NCBI GenBank assembly: GCA_963704555.1
Contig: OY969921.1
Location: 2,805,600 to 2,869,599 of the forward strand
DNA: 64,000 nucleotides
Direction: 5' to 3'
DNA from: an uncultured Solirubrobacterales bacterium
GTDB lineage: Bacteria > Actinomycetota > Thermoleophilia > Solirubrobacterales > Solirubrobacteraceae
Within the stretch, counting starts at the first letter, position 1. The number at the start of each line of letters is the position of its first letter. Below, in pieces: positions 62,580-64,000 of this stretch. The translations under genes and the position numbers were made by a program. The notes beneath the pieces were generated by a model. The model was not told the origin of the DNA and ran no database searches. It saw only the letters and a list, made by a program, of their open reading frames with translations.

Positions 62580-62965
62580 CTACTCCCTGCTCTGCGCGTA
62601 GCTCACGGCGGCAGACCTATCGGCGCAGCCCTTCATCTCGACTATCTGCCCATCGCGGACCGTCACGACCATGTAAGCGATCCCCTCGTCCACCGGACGG
62701 TCAAGCTGCGTCGGCTGCTCGGGACGGAACGTCACGATCACGCGCGACCCGTCTTGGATGGTCTCCCGATTCGGCCTCGCAGGCGGCCAGCGAGGTTGCG
62801 GCTCATCACGTCGATGATTGCCTTGCGGCCATCGCAGAGCTGCCCGTCCTCCACGCCGTACCACTGTGCATCGGGCGCGAGCACTTCGCCCAAGGCCTCC
62901 GGGCCACCCTGAAGCAAGGCATCCCACGCCTGGCGCACCAGCTCAATCTCGGGACTTTCGCCCAT
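62580..62965 (-). pseudogene. NTF2/SnoaL-like protein gene with a frameshift
   Basis: The N-terminal half (MGESPEIELVRQAWDALLQGGPEALGEVLAPDAQWYGVEDGQLCDGRKAIIDVMS) is in the frame of 62738-62965. The C-terminal half (ETIQDGSRVIVTFRP...AYMVVTVRDGQIVEMKGCADR) is in the frame of 62580-62927. Confidence 0.55.
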
Positions 62966-62999
62966 AGCCGCGATTGTCGCTCATCCACGTACGGACGTC

Positions 63000-63123
63000 T
63001 GCGGTCCTTTTGCGGTCCCTTTTTGCTCTCCCTGCGGTCCGTTTGCCGTCTCCAGACCAACGAACAGCCGCGAACACGAGCGAACACCGTCCCGCAAGGC
63101 CCAGCGTTTTCGCCCGTGTTCGC
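63000..63123. repeat. short phased repeats: TGCGGTCC x3, CGAACA x3 at 10-bp spacing, plus inverted GTGTTCGC
   Basis: TGCGGTCC at 63000, 63011 and 63033, each followed by a T-run. CGAACA at 63061, 63071 and 63081. GTGTTCGC at 63116-63123. Confidence 0.8.
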
Positions 63124-63450
63124 TGGCCTTCGCGGTTCTCTAACCAATCGGGGCGACCATATAAATTTGGCTTAGATACTCGGCTTTCGGCGGGTCTTGC
63201 AGCGGACTTACAGCCAGCATGTACACGCTATGCACACCCGAAGGCTCACGATGCACGCTCGACGCACATCCTACCAAGCGGACCCGATAGTACCACCTGA
63301 CCCGCCCGTGCCCGAGCTGCGAGACGAGCGCGGTGGCCGCCTTGAAAGTCCTCCGGGGGCAAAGGGCGTCCGAGACCGATAGGCGATTGGGGGAGCTGTG
63401 GGCGGCGCCCACGTGAAGAACAACCGTAAGCGGCGTGTCCGTCGATGTCG

Positions 63451-63843
63451 CTAGGGCTCGATCCGGGAGACCGACCGCACGCGGTCGATCGTGCGGTCGA
63501 AAGAGAGTACGCGGCGCACACCGGTCGACTCGGCGTTCGCGACGAGGTAGGCCTCGGCGAAGTCGAGCCTGTGAAGCTCGTAGACCTTGAGCGCCCGCAG
63601 CAACAGCGATGCGTCGACCACCTCGATCGAGGCCAGCGCGATCGCGGAGCGCATCAGCATCGCTACCCGGGCTCGCTCGAGTTCGTAGAAGGACTCCAGC
63701 AGGTAGACGCACTCGGCCAGCACAAGATCGCTCAGCAGCAGTTGCTCATCGCCGGCGAGCGCTGCAGTCGCCCGCTCGGCCATCTCGGGTGGGTCGCCCG
63801 TGAGATGCCGGATGAGGACGTTCGTGTCCAGGAACGCGCTCAG
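63451..63843 (-). CDS. PIN-domain toxin (VapC-like); start probably non-canonical CTG
   Basis: The frame reads LSAFLDTNVLIRHLTGDPPEMAERA... from CTG 63843, which overlaps the antitoxin TGA (CTGA). The first canonical start (ATG 63783) lies after the conserved FLDTNV acidic residue. Confidence 0.7.
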   Translation of the reverse strand: MSAFLDTNVLIRHLTGDPPEMAERATAALAGDEQLLLSDLVLAECVYLLESFYELERARVAMLMRSAIALASIEVVDASLLLRALKVYELHRLDFAEAYLVANAESTGVRRVLSFDRTIDRVRSVSRIEP

Positions 63844-64000
63844 CCGCGCTTCTCCGCTCGCGCTCGCCGGCTACGACGCAGCACCTCGTCCCATGGAGTC
63901 CCGAGCTTCGCCGCGGGTGTCGTGACAGACCCCGCCAGCTCAATGAAATCCGCAGTCTTGGCCAGAACAGCGCGCCGGCGCTCAACGCGGAAGACGACCT
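63840..64000 (-). CDS. VapB-type (AbrB/SpoVT-like) antitoxin, 5' end outside the window
   Basis: ...VVFRVERRRAVLAKTADFIELAGSVTTPAAKLGTPWDEVLRRSRRASAEKRG, with the stop at 63842-63840. Confidence 0.6.
   Translation of the reverse strand, partial: VVFRVERRRAVLAKTADFIELAGSVTTPAAKLGTPWDEVLRRSRRARAEKRG

Larger units (their letters stand above)
50418..64000. mobile_element. mosaic, decayed integrative-element-derived island (boundaries not defined)
   Basis: Clustered here are three toxin-antitoxin modules, two Xis-like HTH genes, two XRE regulators, truncated methylase and integrase genes, frameshifted genes, and a lower-G+C cargo block at 53.6-59.8 kb. No intact recombinase or flanking direct repeats were identified. 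Confidence 0.5.

Noticed and set aside
61643-63175. 510-aa plus-strand ORF spanning the methylase and integrase fragments and beyond
   Set aside because: It is an extremely Arg/Ser/Ala/Pro-rich off-frame read-through. Other frames in the same region carry recognisable motifs (SPPY, integrase box II, NTF2-like).

Overview
High-G+C bacterial chromosomal window, probably Actinomycetota judging by gene content (inference). All family calls come from motifs I recognise in the translations; I ran no searches. About 70 genes or gene remnants are supportable. Many long ORFs in the track are antisense or off-frame shadows typical of high-G+C DNA and were discarded.

Layout:
- 0-5 kb: NlpC/P60 hydrolase, an ECF42-type sigma factor with its DGPF/YciI partner, a MEDS plus RsbW-like kinase protein, and PPK2.
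- 5.5-13.8 kb: a two-gene operon encoding 1546-aa and 1205-aa proteins with no motif I can assign. This is my best candidate for an undescribed system.
- 13.8-17.4 kb: a truncated hydrolase remnant, small secreted proteins and a tRNA-Met 3' fragment.
- 17.4-23.3 kb: zf-UBP protein, a cNMP-domain histidine kinase, a response regulator fused to a thioredoxin-reductase-like domain, a nitroreductase and an L,D-transpeptidase.
- 23.5-37 kb: housekeeping genes, including an AP-superfamily phosphodiesterase, a sugar ABC transporter, galT-galK, an isolated csrA, a Pro-rich repeat protein, a STAS protein and PaiB.
- 37-47 kb: VOC proteins, a quinone oxidoreductase, CorA, a GNAT, SPFH-NfeD, DUF1326-DUF2182 and a second DGPF-ECF42 pair.
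- 47-49 kb: a patch of decayed gene fragments.
- 50.4-64 kb: mosaic, mobile-element-derived DNA. It holds two VapBC modules, a frameshifted Doc module, excisionase-like HTH genes, and methylase and integrase fragments. It surrounds a visibly lower-G+C cargo operon: a LuxR regulator, a 993-aa seven-blade FG-GAP secreted protein and two polytopic membrane proteins.

Non-coding structure that genes do not explain:
- Nine perfect GC-rich palindromes all centred on CATG, six of them in one array at 38077-38216.
- A 32-nt x3 intergenic repeat encoding three identical-length mini-ORFs ahead of the ABC permease.
- A 37-nt x3.6 repeat carrying an operator-like palindrome.
- Helically phased short repeats next to the integrase remnant.
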